DNA from: Podarcis pityusensis
Lineage: Eukaryota
Reading direction: 5' to 3' (one strand)
DNA: 64,000 nucleotides
Assembly: GCA_964106645.2 (NCBI GenBank)
Contig: OZ067043.1
The notes under the pieces were generated by a model. The model saw nothing but the letters and a program-made list of their open reading frames with translations, did no database searches and was not told the origin of the DNA. Below are positions 1 to 12,449 of this stretch, piece after piece. A program made the translations under genes and the position numbers. Every line of letters starts with the position of its first letter. The stretch's first letter is position 1.

Positions 1-27
1 CAAACTTTTGTGTGTGTCCGTTTCCAG

Positions 28-145
28 TTCCTTGAACCGGCCATTTGGAAGTGGAATAATGACTTCTTCTGGAATCCTTCTAAACAGTCAGATGCTGGAT
101 TTTTCTTGGATGAACGAAACAGAAGGCCATTCATCTTCTGGCTTG
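28..145 (+). CDS. GGT7: GGT7 (gamma-glutamyltransferase 7) internal coding exon; gene starts upstream of window
   Basis: ttccag|...ttg|gtaat; translates SLNRPFGSGIMTSSGILLNSQMLDFSWMNETEGHSSSGL, matching the recalled GGT7 light-chain sequence. Confidence 0.93.
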
Positions 146-937
146 GTAATAAATTATGAATTTGTCTGACATGAATAGTCAAATGAATAGTAAGTGTATG
201 TGAGCATGGCACCAATGATTGATGAAGTGCATGTATCCATCAGATAATTAAGATCTAGGAGTCCTTTATTTGCCACGATATGTGTGGTTTTACAGCTGGG
301 CTGGCAAGTTTAGCTCTTAACCTGTTTTCAGAGCCACTTGACTTTCCAATGTGTGTCTACTATAAATATTTTTCCATAAAGAGCCTTGGTTTTCCTGCAG
401 TGAATGTCGTTAGATAAATGTGACGTGATATTATCTGGGTGTGTGCTGTGAAAGATACCCTGTTGCTGGAGTGGGGAAACTCTGGCCCATGAGTCTAATT
501 AGGACTGCTTCGCTTCCCCATTTGGCTCCTGAGGCCATCTTGACCAAACCACTCCCACTTGCTGTACACCTGACATCATATATGGCTCAAATGAAACCAT
601 GGTGTACTGCAAGTAAAAACCTCTTAGCTGTGCAAAATAGCTCTTTGAAAGGGGCTTCTGAAGATCCAACAGCCAGCTGACTCAGAAGGCCTTTTCAAAG
701 TGCTTTGCAAAATAGCATTTTGACAGAGGTTTCTGAAGATGTCTTCCAAATACCGTTTCAAAGTGCTATCTTGCCCAGCTCTTTGAAAAAGGCTTCTGAC
801 ATTCAGCTGATTTGAACCTGTCTGGTAATTGGGTAATGGTATTTATTACCTCAGAGATTCAAGGAAACAGAAGCTTGAGGGGGAAAGGCTCCTATTGATA
901 TATTTAACAGTGCTTTGCAAAATTATTTTTCCTGCAG

Positions 938-1075
938 AGGAACTTTATTCAGCCTGGGAAAAGGCCGCTGTCTTTCTTGCTACCCACTGTTGTCCGGCCA
1001 TCAGAAGGGATGTGTGGGACTTACCTTTGTTTGGGAGCCAATGGTGGTGACAAAGCTTTGAGCAGCATAACACAG
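938..1075 (+). CDS. GGT7: GGT7 coding exon
   Basis: ctgcag|...cag|gtcagt; 138 nt, RNFIQPGKRPLSFLLPTVVRPSEGMCGTYLCLGANGGDKALSSITQ (GGT-family PGKRPLS motif). Confidence 0.95.
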
Positions 1076-1446
1076 GTCAGTCTTCTGAGCACTGATGGAT
1101 GCTTGCAATATAATATCCTTTCTTACCAAGAGAAAGAACTGGTTCTCCAGGACCAGCCCTGCCAGGGGCAGGTGGGGGGGGGAGGGGATAGATGAAGGCA
1201 AGAACAAATGTCTGAGTTGATGCAAAAACACTTTTAAAAAACATTGACCTGTGTGTTTGCGTGTGGTATAGGCGCCATCTTGATTCTGCTTCTGACCGTA
1301 AAATGCCTTGGGATGGCACTACAGTTCTTTTGGGCCGAGCTTTTACTGAAGTCGTAAATTGGCTTTGAAGTGTGAAAAGTTGTTCGAACTGTGCTACTTA
1401 ATACTGTCACTCAGTGTCAGCATGTGACCACCATACTAGTCTTAAG

Positions 1447-1584
1447 CAGGGCTTTTTTTTCCAGCTGGAATTTGCTGGAACTCAGTTCTGGCACCTCTCA
1501 GATGGGTGCCATTGCCATTATAAGAGAACAAGGGAGGTGTTTGTGGTGAATTCTGGCACCTCCTTCTCTAGAAAAATAGCACTG
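1447..1584. mobile_element. Non-autonomous hAT-type MITE in GGT7 intron
   Basis: TIRs CAGGGCTTTTTTT / AAAAATAGCACTG; 8-bp flanks gtcttaag (1439-1446) and atcttaag (1585-1592). Confidence 0.75.
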
Positions 1585-1729
1585 ATCTTAAGGGCTTTGA
1601 CTGCATAGAAGTACTTAATCTTTTTTGGGGAGAGGGAATAAGTTCATAATGGATGCATAAGTGGAGTGTGTGATCATGACTATAGTGCCATCCCTTCAGG
1701 ATAGCTGACTCCCAGACATTGGAGGACAG

Positions 1730-1812
1730 GTTTGCAGAATGGTTGGCCCCTGTGAAAACAGGATGCTGGACAAGATGGGTCATTGGTCTGATCCAGCAGG
1801 CTCTTCTTAGGT
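1730..1812 (+). mobile_element. CR1-like LINE 3' end fragment
   Basis: aacaggatgctggac...ggtctgatccagcaggctcttctt resembles reptile CR1-type tails; boundaries approximate. Confidence 0.5.
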
Positions 1813-2077
1813 TATTGAATGATGATTTGATGCAGACACCAATACTGTGATCCATACACCCTATTTCTTCTAGTGTACAGATCACATAACTGATGCGTAC
1901 ATAGGTAGAGGTCCAAAAGCATAAGCCACTATGCAGACATACCCACAAACAGGTGGAAGGCAGGTGTGTCAGCCATGCTCCTGCATCTTCACTTTGAGTA
2001 TCTGAACAAGACTCAAGATTCCATCACAAACAATTCATCAAAAACCTTAGCATCTGCTTCATCTGATCTTTTAACAG

Positions 2078-2177
2078 GTTTTAGTAAACGTTTTGACCTA
2101 CAACAAGAACCTGAGTGAGAGTCTTTCGCTAGGCCGGCTTCATCCTCAACTTCAGTCTAATATCCTGGAAGTTGACA
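2078..2177 (+). CDS. GGT7: GGT7 penultimate coding exon
   Basis: aacag|...gaca|gtaagt; VLVNVLTYNKNLSESLSLGRLHPQLQSNILEVD, phase-consistent with neighbouring exons. Confidence 0.94.
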
Positions 2178-2499
2178 GTAAGTATGGATCACTGATCTTT
2201 GAAGTCTGGGCTTTTATTATTTCACTTCTGTGATTTCAGACACAAGTGAAACAGGGTGAGGGTTTCCCCCTGAGACATCTAAGATTACTCTGTAATTTTT
2301 CCTCATCTTGACATGGTTTGTTGAACCTCATCGTATGGCTGTCGTAAGATGGGAGAATCTTTTTGTATCTGACTACATTGCAGAAGCTGAAAAGGAAACT
2401 TCACTCTGGTGAAGTGGAAGCAATGCTTCTGCACTTTTGCTTATGTTACCTGCAATATTAGCCACTTTCCCTCTTCTGCAGTGTGGGCAGAACGAACCT

Positions 2500-2680
2500 A
2501 GGAATCTGCCTTATGCAGAGTCAGGCCATTGGTCCATCTAACTTGGAACTGACTGATAGCAGCTCTCCAGGATTTCAGGCAAAAGACTCTCCCAGCCCTA
2601 CTTGGATATTCCAGGGATTGAGCCTCAGACCCTCTGCAAGCAAAGCAAATGCTTTGCTGTTGAGCTATGGCCTTTCCCCC
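2500..2680 (-). mobile_element. tRNA-derived squamate SINE
   Basis: Reverse complement begins ggggaaaggccatagctcaacagc (tRNA A-box-like head); similar to copies at 20572 and 53573. Confidence 0.6.
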
Positions 2681-3338
2681 GGAAACAGGAAAGAGCTCTT
2701 CAGTCTGCTACCATGTTTTCTTGAGCATTGACTCAAGAAATTTGGGGGAGATCCAAGCTCTCTTTCATGTTTGTAAAGCACTTTGATCTGCTCTCCAACA
2801 GCAGAAAGGCAGGTAAAATCAACAGAGGAATAAGGAAAGGTATTTTCCTCCCCATCATGGCACATGGGCGCTAAATGGAGGTGGAAAAGAAAATGTGTTT
2901 CATTAGTCAGTTCTATTGCAACTGGTAAATAGGGCTGTGACTGCCCCCTCCCCCTGCAAAAACTTGACAGGCCAGATCAGAATCATGGGCTGGTGTTTGA
3001 CCACCCCTAACTGTATGGTCAAGGGAGTCAAATGCATATTTATTGTGCCATTTTCCTATTATTTAGCTTAGGTACCTTCCCTTATTAATACACCAAGCCC
3101 TACAACTCTTTTAAAGCACTTGTGCCTTGATCCTATAGGTAGGAAATGTGAGCATGTTGACACAGATGTTCTACATACACAAGACTGCACATGATTCCTC
3201 TGCATAGGGGGGGGGGGGAAAGGGTGGATCCAGGGATCTGCCTTCCTTGTGTTCCAGTTGGCACATGGATCAGCACCTTGATGGGGACTGCTGCCAACCC
3301 TTTCAATAAAACTAATCTTTTCTAAAATTCTCCACCAG

Positions 3339-3502
3339 GTGAGTTTCCTGAAGAAGATATCAAGTACTTTACAAGCAGGGGTCAGCCGGTGAGCAAAATC
3401 GAGGTCCTTTCTCTTGTTCACGGAGCCAGAAGAACCAACAATTTCATAATTGGTGTGAAAGACCCAAGAAGTGAGGATGCAGCAGGAGCCACAATATTAT
3501 AG
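3339..3502 (+). CDS. GGT7: GGT7 terminal coding exon (TAG 3500-3502)
   Basis: ccag|GT GAG TTT...; SEFPEEDIKYFTSRGQPVSKIEVLSLVHGARRTNNFIIGVKDPRSEDAAGATIL*, matches the recalled GGT7 C-terminus (KDPRSxDAAGATIL). Confidence 0.95.
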
Positions 3503-4191
3503 CAACTCCCAGATGGGTTTCTTCATGAAATAAGGCTTTTTCCAAAACACATTGTGCATGTTCCCAAACAATCCCTTTATCATTCCCCCTGAGGCGGAAC
3601 AAACAGTGTTTGTTATTGGTTTCTCCATTGCTGAATAGACCCCTCTGCACTTCTATGCTAAAACCAATGCAGCAATGAAGGCTGACAAAGGCACAATACA
3701 GACCTTAGTTTTTTGTTGTTTTGTTTTGTTATTATGAACTTGAGTTAAAAGAATCTCAGGCATTATTATAATATGAGCACAGGGAATAGGTTTAACTTCA
3801 GCAGCACCCTGTCAATGGTTGATTCCAGCCATTTAATGCACAGAGAGATATTTCTAAACTAAGCACTGGGAACATTCAGGAAGCAAACCACTGGTTGTGT
3901 ACAAATGTGCTGTTCTGAGAGCAGTGGTGGCAGGTTCCTTCCTCTGTAAATACACATACTTCTGTTTTGAGACAAGTTCTCTAAAAAGGCAAAGAAAGAA
4001 TCACAGTTTCACAGGTTTGAGTCTGAATGGGATAAATGAGAAAAATCTTATCTGCGGCGGGTGCCTATTGGCTAATATATGTGACATCATTACTCCGTCT
4101 CCTCCAATCTCTGGAACAGTTCTGCAGTTTAAAATAATGTTTTATGTCCCCCTCTCCCCCTTGTAAGGCAAGGATAAACACAGAGAGAGAT

Positions 4192-4193
<2 letters not shown>

Positions 4194-4228
<35 letters not shown>
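4194..4228. repeat. (GT)n microsatellite
   Basis: Direct inspection. Confidence 0.95.
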
Positions 4229-4231
<3 letters not shown>

Positions 4232-7200
4232 AGGCTGCTTTTTTAAAAAAGTGGATAGGCTGCCTGACTCATTTAAAAAAGGTTAAACAGTGGCTGATCC
4301 AGCATTTCACCTCCCAATATGTGTATTTGTCATGGATGTTTCAGCTTCACTGTGTGCTAGGGCCACACATACTGGTATGAGTGCTCTTGAAATGGTACCT
4401 TGGTATTCACCTGAGAAGATGAGGCAAAGATATTTCTGTGTCCAGTGCATTTATTTCTGATACTGTACTAGTCAACTCTGAATGATTCCTTCTCAAGTAG
4501 CTGAATACAGAATAAGAACAATGGGTTAAGTTAGCCCCGGGCATTCTCAGATGTTCCCCGTGAGTCAAATGATTTGTACCAGCATACATGTTCTAATAGG
4601 ATATTGGCTCCTCTGCACATATTAATGAAAGATTTTATAATTCTGATTTTGCCTCTCTGCCCCAATGGTGTCCTCTTGGTGGCACCAGTGCTATGGTATC
4701 TTGCCAGTTATTTCAACATGTTGCAGGTTCCCCCTGTTGTGTTTTGACACAATACATTTATGTAGTTCAACTTTGGATCTGGATTATAATGCTATGTACA
4801 TCTATACTGGGGGGAAAGCTGAGCTTCAGTTTTCTCGTGCTACTGTCCAAAGTAGCCCTACCAGCGTAATAACATTGCAAATTTTAATGCAGAAAGAACT
4901 CAGGCAGATCCAGTGTAATCTTCTACTGAATAATTTAACTGAAATCTTGGCTTTCCATAGTGCTGCAGTTCCATTTCAGCTTATTGTTGCATTTCTTGGG
5001 CAAAACCACGGCAATCCAATCATAAAGCAAGGCCCAACATAACCAAAATAAACAAAAAGGCCATCCTTTCTCACCTAAATGTTATGTTAACTGTAATTTT
5101 CAAATCATTAACTTTGAAAAACAACTGGCAAAACATGGGGGTGAGGAGAAGAAGATTTAGGCTCATATGCATTCATATTCACTCTCTCTTGGCCCAGTGT
5201 ACTCGTTTCTTTCTTAATCTATGCTGAAAATACAGATAATAAAACTAGATCAAGACATTGCATATTACTCTCTCACACACACACACCATTGTCGTTCTCA
5301 AATGTAAACTAAGAACAAAAATATTAAGACAGTTTATATTAATGCATTTTGAGGCTTGGCTGTAAATACTAATGGGGCAGGAAAAATATTGTAAATTCTA
5401 ATCTTAATTGACTTATAGCTGACTTCTTGCCAAGTTTATCTCACTTCCCTTCATAAATTCGAAGTGGAGTTTTTTTGTAAACAGATATGACCCAGCTGCT
5501 CAGCTCTTGCAAAGTTTACCCTGTTCATCTGAATTGCCAACAACATTGCCTACAAAGTGCTAAAGAGATACAAAGAAAGTGTTTCACTGAAATGCGATAG
5601 AATCCAGGACAAAAACAAAGTTCTAGGCAGTAAAAAGGTACACCATCAATAGAAATGTAGTTTATGCATAACACTGAAAGTCTCCTACCCAAGTGATTCC
5701 GTTGATGTCAAGGAGGATGTACCCAAAGTTACTTTTACACATCCTCCAAATCAGTCTGTCTTAGTCTGATTTGTGAAGCAGAAGAACAACTGCTGCTTAT
5801 TAAAACTAGAGGCAAATACACAAACAGACATGGGCAAGTGTTTCAGATTATTTCTAGACACGGGTGCTGACACACTCAGTTTATTATGTCAGAAATCAGT
5901 CAAGAGGACCTCACATTGGGAGCACTTTGAGATATGTACAAATATTTCAGTTCTCTGTGTAGATGATAGTGGGTACATCAGAACAACTCTCTTGATGTGA
6001 AATAGACAATCAGTGAAAGCATGGAGGCAGGGCGCATGCCACAGCAGCACATTCTGCCCTCAGCTTCCACATGTTCAGTGGAAGGTATGCACAGGGAGCC
6101 CTACATGTCGGGAGCTGAATTGGTGTGGGTTCTATCTGCCCGATGTGGGAACCTGGATCCCTGAGTGTGCTGACAGAGCCAATGTGTGTACAGCTGCAGG
6201 TACAGCTTCAACTAAAAAATGTGCACATTGGTGAAGTGAACGGAATAAATGATCCCACCCACCGCCATGTATTCACTGATTGCATGAAGGCCTCTTCTGA
6301 ATGGAAAGCATTCAGTTCTACACCATATAAATCACAGAAAAAACTCTGCTTCTGGCTCCATTAATAAATAAAAATTATATCAGCGTACAGAATCCTTCCA
6401 TTAACTTTTGAACAACTTCCCTCCCTAACAAAATGTAATTTCACAGCACTTGACATATTAAATGCACACCCACAAAAATATCTCCCCTATACTGATTTCA
6501 CATTAAATCAGTGCATAACTTTTATTGCTTTCCCCCATCATATTATTGTACCTATGGCTACTGTACATATTCTGTATGTATATCTGCTAATAGCTGTGCT
6601 GGTGCTTCAGATCTTATATCCCATGAACTGGAATTGAATGAATACTGTCTTGTTCATGTGCACGTTTACATGACAGAAAGCCAACTTAATACGAAGAATG
6701 ACCCTTCCTAATGTTGGAGGTATAAATGAACAAACACACTGCAGAAGCCATCACTGCTCATGCTTTATGCTTGAATGTTAACTGTCCTTTGATGACCTCA
6801 ATGTGGTTTACAATCATTCACTAGTTAAGGGCTCATTCACTTGTTCTGTTGTAAGTTGCTAAATGGCCTACGTGAGATTTTTGAATGTTTGTATGACAAC
6901 ATCAACCAAGCTGCAAGCAGTGGTGTAGTGTGGGTTGCCAGCTTCCGGGGCAAAGCAAGTATTGTGCCCCCTCCTCCGAAAGAGGAAAAAAACCCAGAAC
7001 ACATAAACACATACCCCAAGTGAAGTTCAGGAGCTGTGGTGCTTCTCCGGCAAAAGCGCATGCGGCCTTTTCTAGCCATAGTGCAGAGGGGTGACTGGAG
7101 GGTGCGGGGAGAGGAGGGGTTGGGGAGAAGCAGTGACCTGCCTCCACAAGAGGGTGCAAGAAGAGGAAATAATAAAATGAGGGGATTCCTTCCAGACCAC

Positions 7201-10200
7201 CTTAAACACCATGAGGGCACTGCAATTCAGCAGTTTCAAGACCTCAGGTGAGAGAGGAGCAGAAATTTTGCACCCTAAGAATTTTGTGCATGGGGCAACA
7301 GCTCCTGTGGCACCTCCATGCTACGCCACTGGCTGCATGTACCAACATATGCTTACAGTCTGCCTTATGTTTCAAAGTCCAGGTCCAGTCCATGAATGAG
7401 GCAAAGTGAGGCTGCAGGGTTCACAGAGGCAGCAGATCCCAATGTCAGTCTCCCCCCTCCCCTTGTTCCTGATGTAGATCTTTCCTCACCCCTTCTTCCC
7501 TGGTGGGGAGGGCAGGTCTGCCATTTTGGGGTCCTCTTCAGGTGCTAGGATAGAGTGATTGAGATGAAGCAGTGGGGCTGTACAGAGTGAGACTCAGTCT
7601 TGGACATAGATAATGGAGTTTTCACCCGGCTACTGTCCCTGAGTGTCATTCACTTTTCTTCAGGGAAAGGGTAGGGCTCCATTTGGGAACAGCTGTCTGG
7701 TGAGGGCAAAACTGAGGGCCGAGCCTCCAATATCAGGAGAGCAAGGTTCAGTGCATCTTAGTGCATAGAGTACACAGAAACTGATTTTGTACAGATTTTT
7801 AGAGATCCCTGATATAGGGATCCTTCCTCCATATACACTTGCCTGTCCTAATGACAAGACATTTTGTTAAATCTCTTATTAAAATGGAATGAGCAACTGG
7901 CATATTTGTTCTTCCTCATGGGAACAGAAGTGGATTTTAGGGGGGCTAAGAAGAGAAAAATTAGAAACTTGTCCATGAATACAAAGCCATAGAAGATTAT
8001 TAATCAGAAGTTTTTCAATGGATCCCTTAGAGCTATTTCCACATATATGTGTTAACACTTGTGTGGATTTCTGCAGCAAGTGAAGATAAGATGAACTGAA
8101 GGGATATATCCATTCTTTTGCTCTGAGGAGGCAACATACTGCATACAGAGTGCACATGTACACACTGACATACACACTTACACTCACACAGAGGTTTACC
8201 ATACCACTACAAAGGAGCAATCATAGCCTTAGAATGCATTTCAATTGTTTCTTGGCAAGCACAGTTTGCATTCAGCACTAAATTTGGTACCAAATGCAAG
8301 CTGAGCTGCTTTCTGCTGGGCTTGGATCTACCTGACATCCTATGACATCAGGTTGGTATCTCTGCCCACCTGTCAAATGTGGCCCATGGAGGTTTGGGCA
8401 CAATCTGATCCAGCTTTCTGGCCAAACATGGTTCCCCGTGTTAACTCTCCCCTTCCCAGCTGTGACAATCACTTTCCTTCATTGAATTAGACTTGAAAGG
8501 AGCCTTCTCTTGTAGCTGTGGCACCTCCAAATGCTGTCATCACCCCTGCACCCAAATTAGGTTTGAAGACAGCCTTCTTTTCCTACAAGAGAAAGGTGAT
8601 GGTGCGGGGAGGGGGAGAGAAAGCTGTGGGTGCTGAGGAAGGCCTCACTTGGTACATGTACGCCTGTGGGTTGGTGACCCCAAGTCAAGATGAGCTCACA
8701 GAGCTGCAACCCTATACAAGCTAGGGGTGTGCAGATGATTTAGATGAATCCTATATCTTGAACTGAAGTGGAATACTTTGACAGATTCAGGGCTTGTCTT
8801 AAGCTGACTCTTTCCAAACTGAGATTTGGAGCCAAACTGAATCAGGCCACCTCCAAAGGGCTTTGGATCTAACTGGACAGTTTTCTTAAGTATCAGATTG
8901 GGGTTCTTCTGAATTTTTGGTCAATGCTTGTTCCTTATATACATTTACCTGGCAGTAAGGGGCACTGAATTTAATGGGGGCTTACTTCTGAGTAAGCATG
9001 CATAGGACTGCACTGTAAATTGGAGTAGTTAGAACAAGGGTGCAAAACAAGTGACCCTCCAGATGTTCTGCTCCACTTTCCATCAGTCTCAACTAAGTTG
9101 GCCAATGGACAGGAATGATGGGAGTTGTAAGTTCAGTAACATCTAGAAGACCACAACTTTCCCAAGTGAAGAGGGAGTATTTCATGATTCACTCAGTGCC
9201 TGCTTAAGGGTAAAAGAAGGATTCAAAACTGAATTCATTATGGTGTGTATGCTATAGCAGTGGGATATGGCAGTTATTTAAGTTAATCAGTGCAGGGAAG
9301 GATGTGATATCATATATAAGATATAAAATAGTGAATGTTATCCTTTCAGACACTGGTCTTCAGTTGTGTGCAGTCACTCTACTGTAGCTCTGTTCCAGCA
9401 ATAGGGATCCCTCTCTAGATCACCTACTGCAGGAGGGCACTAAAGAACTGGCCTCTCCTTTTCTAATCTGTGACTGACTGCATATTGTTTTAGTATCTTA
9501 TCTTCTAAGCAAATTATAGTGTGAAGTGTTAGATTGATCAACATATGGATTGTAAAGAGCAAAATACTCAGTGGACTCCCCCACCTATCTTCTAGGCACT
9601 GAGCAAAATGTCTGAAGCACCACCTAAACTTACTTTGCTGCTGGGAACCAAAATGCGTAAAGTTTAATTTTACCAGAAGGTAAATTGCAGGAAGAGGGAT
9701 TTTAAAAAAACCACAATGTATACTTTGAAAAACAGAGTTCATGAATACAAATTGTAAAGTTGACACGTTTACTGTATAGCATCATTTTTATTTTGAAACA
9801 AGTAACACAAAATGCATTGTTATCACAACTGTGACTTTGGTTGTACAGACAAGAAATATGTTCATGCATTTTCCCACCAAACAAAAGGCAGAAATAAAAA
9901 CACTTTTCTTTTTGTATTATACGCTCAAAGGTATTGCATCCTCTTTAGCTTTTCTCTTACTATAGCTATAGTTTTGAAACCCATTGCTCACATGATTAAG
10001 CTGCTATAATTCATTGGCGTTACGTGTGTGTGATAATTTTAAATTCTAAATATGTTCTAAGGGTTCCCTCAACCATTTGGACTTGATTGGGGGAGGGTGC
10101 GTGGGGCATGTGGGGAAAGGAGAGGAAGAGTAAGATCCATTGCACAAGCTGGAATCCTTGTGCTTGTGGATCTAGGAAATTGGTGATCAGCCAGTGGGTC

Positions 10201-10374
10201 ATGGCCTGATCCAAAGTGGGTCACAACAGGAGCACTACCACCATGCAAATATATGGTAAACGATTAAGAGATAGGTCCCCAAATGCATGTTTGGGTTGAA
10301 AGCGCATTCTGGGTCTGAAAAGATTGAAAACAGGTCATCTCTGTAATGAGATACAACAGAATACATTCCAAATA

Positions 10375-10616
10375 CAGTGGTACCTCGGGTTACATATGCT
10401 TCAGGTTACATATGCTTCAGGGTACAGACTCTGCTAACCCAGAAATATTACCTCGGGTTAAGAATTTTGCTTCAGGATGAGAACAGAAATCATGCAGCAG
10501 CGGCACAGCGGCAGCAGGAGGCCCCATTAGCTAAAGTGGTGCTTCAGGTTAAGAACAGTTTCAGATTAAGAACAGACCTCCAGAATGAATTAAGTACTTA
10601 ACCCGAGGTACCACTG
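10375..10616. mobile_element. Tc1/mariner (Tigger/pogo-like) MITE
   Basis: Perfect TIR CAGTGGTACCTCGGGTTA / TAACCCGAGGTACCACTG, TA duplicated on both sides. Confidence 0.9.
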
Positions 10617-11037
10617 TACCTTATTTCTATGCTGTAGGTGCTGAACATGAGGGCAGGTCTTGAACTGCACCATTCAAGATACTGTAGTTCTGATTCTGTC
10701 ATCAAGTTTTGCAGCCTTGCCACTCCAGTCCCAGTCATTTGGCACATAAGAACAGGAGCAAGGCTAATAGTAGTAAATCACTTGGGTTGCAGTCACTACT
10801 TTAGCATGTGAGGTAATGAGGCCTGCTTATCACCACCAAGAGCAGAGTCAATATCAAGACTGAGTCCCTTTTTTATTTCAGAGTTTTCCAAATCACCACC
10901 CACCCAAGGATATTATGTAGCATAGAAACAAGCGGGTTGAGGCCTATGCATGTCAAGGTCTGAACCATTGTATAAATATTTATTTTGTATATTCATAGCC
11001 TGTTTTTTGATCTGAAAAATCTACTAGGTGGCTCACA

Positions 11038-11081
11038 GTTCAGATGAGATCGGGCATGTTCAAGGTAGTATGGCCGTAGAC
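11038..11081 (-). pseudogene. 5S rRNA 5'-fragment retropseudogene (44 nt) with 13-bp TSD
   Basis: Reverse complement GTCTACGGCCATACTACCTTGAACATGCCCGATCTCATCTGAAC vs vertebrate 5S GTCTACGGCCATACCACCCTGAACGCGCCCGATCTCGTCTGATC; flanked by TAGGTGGCTCACA at 11025-11037 and 11082-11094. Confidence 0.9.
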
Positions 11082-11254
11082 TAGGTGGCTCACATTTGAT
11101 TTAAAATCCACAACTTGGCTGGAACTGGAAATGGCTTCAGTTCCCCTGGTAGATTATCTACACTGGGAACTAGATACTGGGAGTGGGTACCTTTTGGCTC
11201 TGACCTTCTATTACAGTAGCCCATATTACATATTATAGTAACCCAATAATTAAA

Positions 11255-11384
11255 TTTTATCCTCACAGCAACCCTGTGAGGTAGGTTAGGCTGAAAGACT
11301 GGACTGAAGTCACCTAGTGCGTTTCATGCCTGAGCAGAGACCAGGTCCTAGTCCAACACTTTAACCACTACACCACACTGGCTC
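11255..11384 (-). mobile_element. tRNA/CORE SINE (Squam3/MIR-like)
   Basis: Reverse complement GAGCCAGTGTGGTGTAGTGGTTAAAGTGTTGGACTAGG...CAGCCTAACCTACCTCACAGGGTTGCTGTGAGGATAAAA. Confidence 0.7.
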
Positions 11385-11814
11385 ATGACTGGATCAGCCA
11401 AGGTTGGTGTAGTCCAGGATACTGGTTCCAATAGCGGCCGCTTGGAAGGAAGCAAATGATGGCTTATACAGGAAATGTTGTATAGAGGCTCATGTTTCCT
11501 TATGCTATGATTATGAGAATGGAAAAGGCTGCTGAGATTGGGATTTTATGGAAGGATAAGAAAAAAGGAGCCTGTCTCACCTTGTGCATGTTTATGCATG
11601 TTTGCTGGTGTGATTTCCGCAGAGTTCAACAGGGCTTACACCCAAGTACTGATTGCACACATTCTCCCCATTTGCACCCACTTCCTCTACTTTTTCTGTT
11701 GCCTCCTCTATTTCAACCAACTATATAAACAGCAAACGCCTTATGACAGGGCAAAATTGTCGTTACTCTATAATGCTTGATGCCCATAAACAACGCATGG
11801 AGCCCATGATGCAG

Positions 11815-12135
11815 ACCCTCTAAGTGCCCCTGTTTTCCAGGGACGGTCCCAGATTTACAGAAGCCATCCTGGTTTCTGATCCTGGGATGTCCTGCTTTTC
11901 CTTAGAACGTCCCTATTTTCATTGGAGAAATGTTGGAAAGTATGGACTCGAGCCCCAAGCCAAGGAGATAAGTAGGTAATCATACCTTTAGGGAAGTTTT
12001 TAAATGTTAAATGTTTTATTATGTTTTCTATATATATTGGAAGCCAACCATAGTAATAATAACAATAATAATTAATAATAATAATAATAATAATGGAATA
12101 TTCCTATTGTCATGGGAGAAATATTGGAGGGTATG
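11815..12135. mobile_element. Probable non-autonomous DNA transposon with internal (AAT)n
   Basis: Ends accctc.../...gagggtatg are inverted-like; duplicated block cctatt-tcat-ggagaaat-ttgga--gtatg; boundaries approximate. Confidence 0.45.
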
Positions 12136-12449
12136 CGTGATGGTGCTGCATACACAACAGCAACACATGTTAAGTATGTATTGGACTACTGCCAGACAGA
12201 GAAAGCGGTTTAATAGCCTGTGACAAAATTTCCCTCTAGGATTAATTGTGGGTTAGATTGGATGAACCAAGGGTGGGGGATCCTGGAAGACAACAGCTCC
12301 GAGGGGACTGAGCCATGGATCCCCTGAAGAGAATCAGGACTGTAGCATAACTGAGGCAAGCGGAGATGGATAAAGCTCTCCTCAGCATCTTTCTTTTTTG
12401 AGGAACCTCGTTTTTTACACGGAGGCTTCCTAGCTCTCTGAGGCGGCAA

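Noticed and set aside
11038-11081. Functional 5S rRNA gene
   Set aside because: Only 44 of ~120 nt, no internal control region or T-run terminator, CpG-decayed and TSD-flanked
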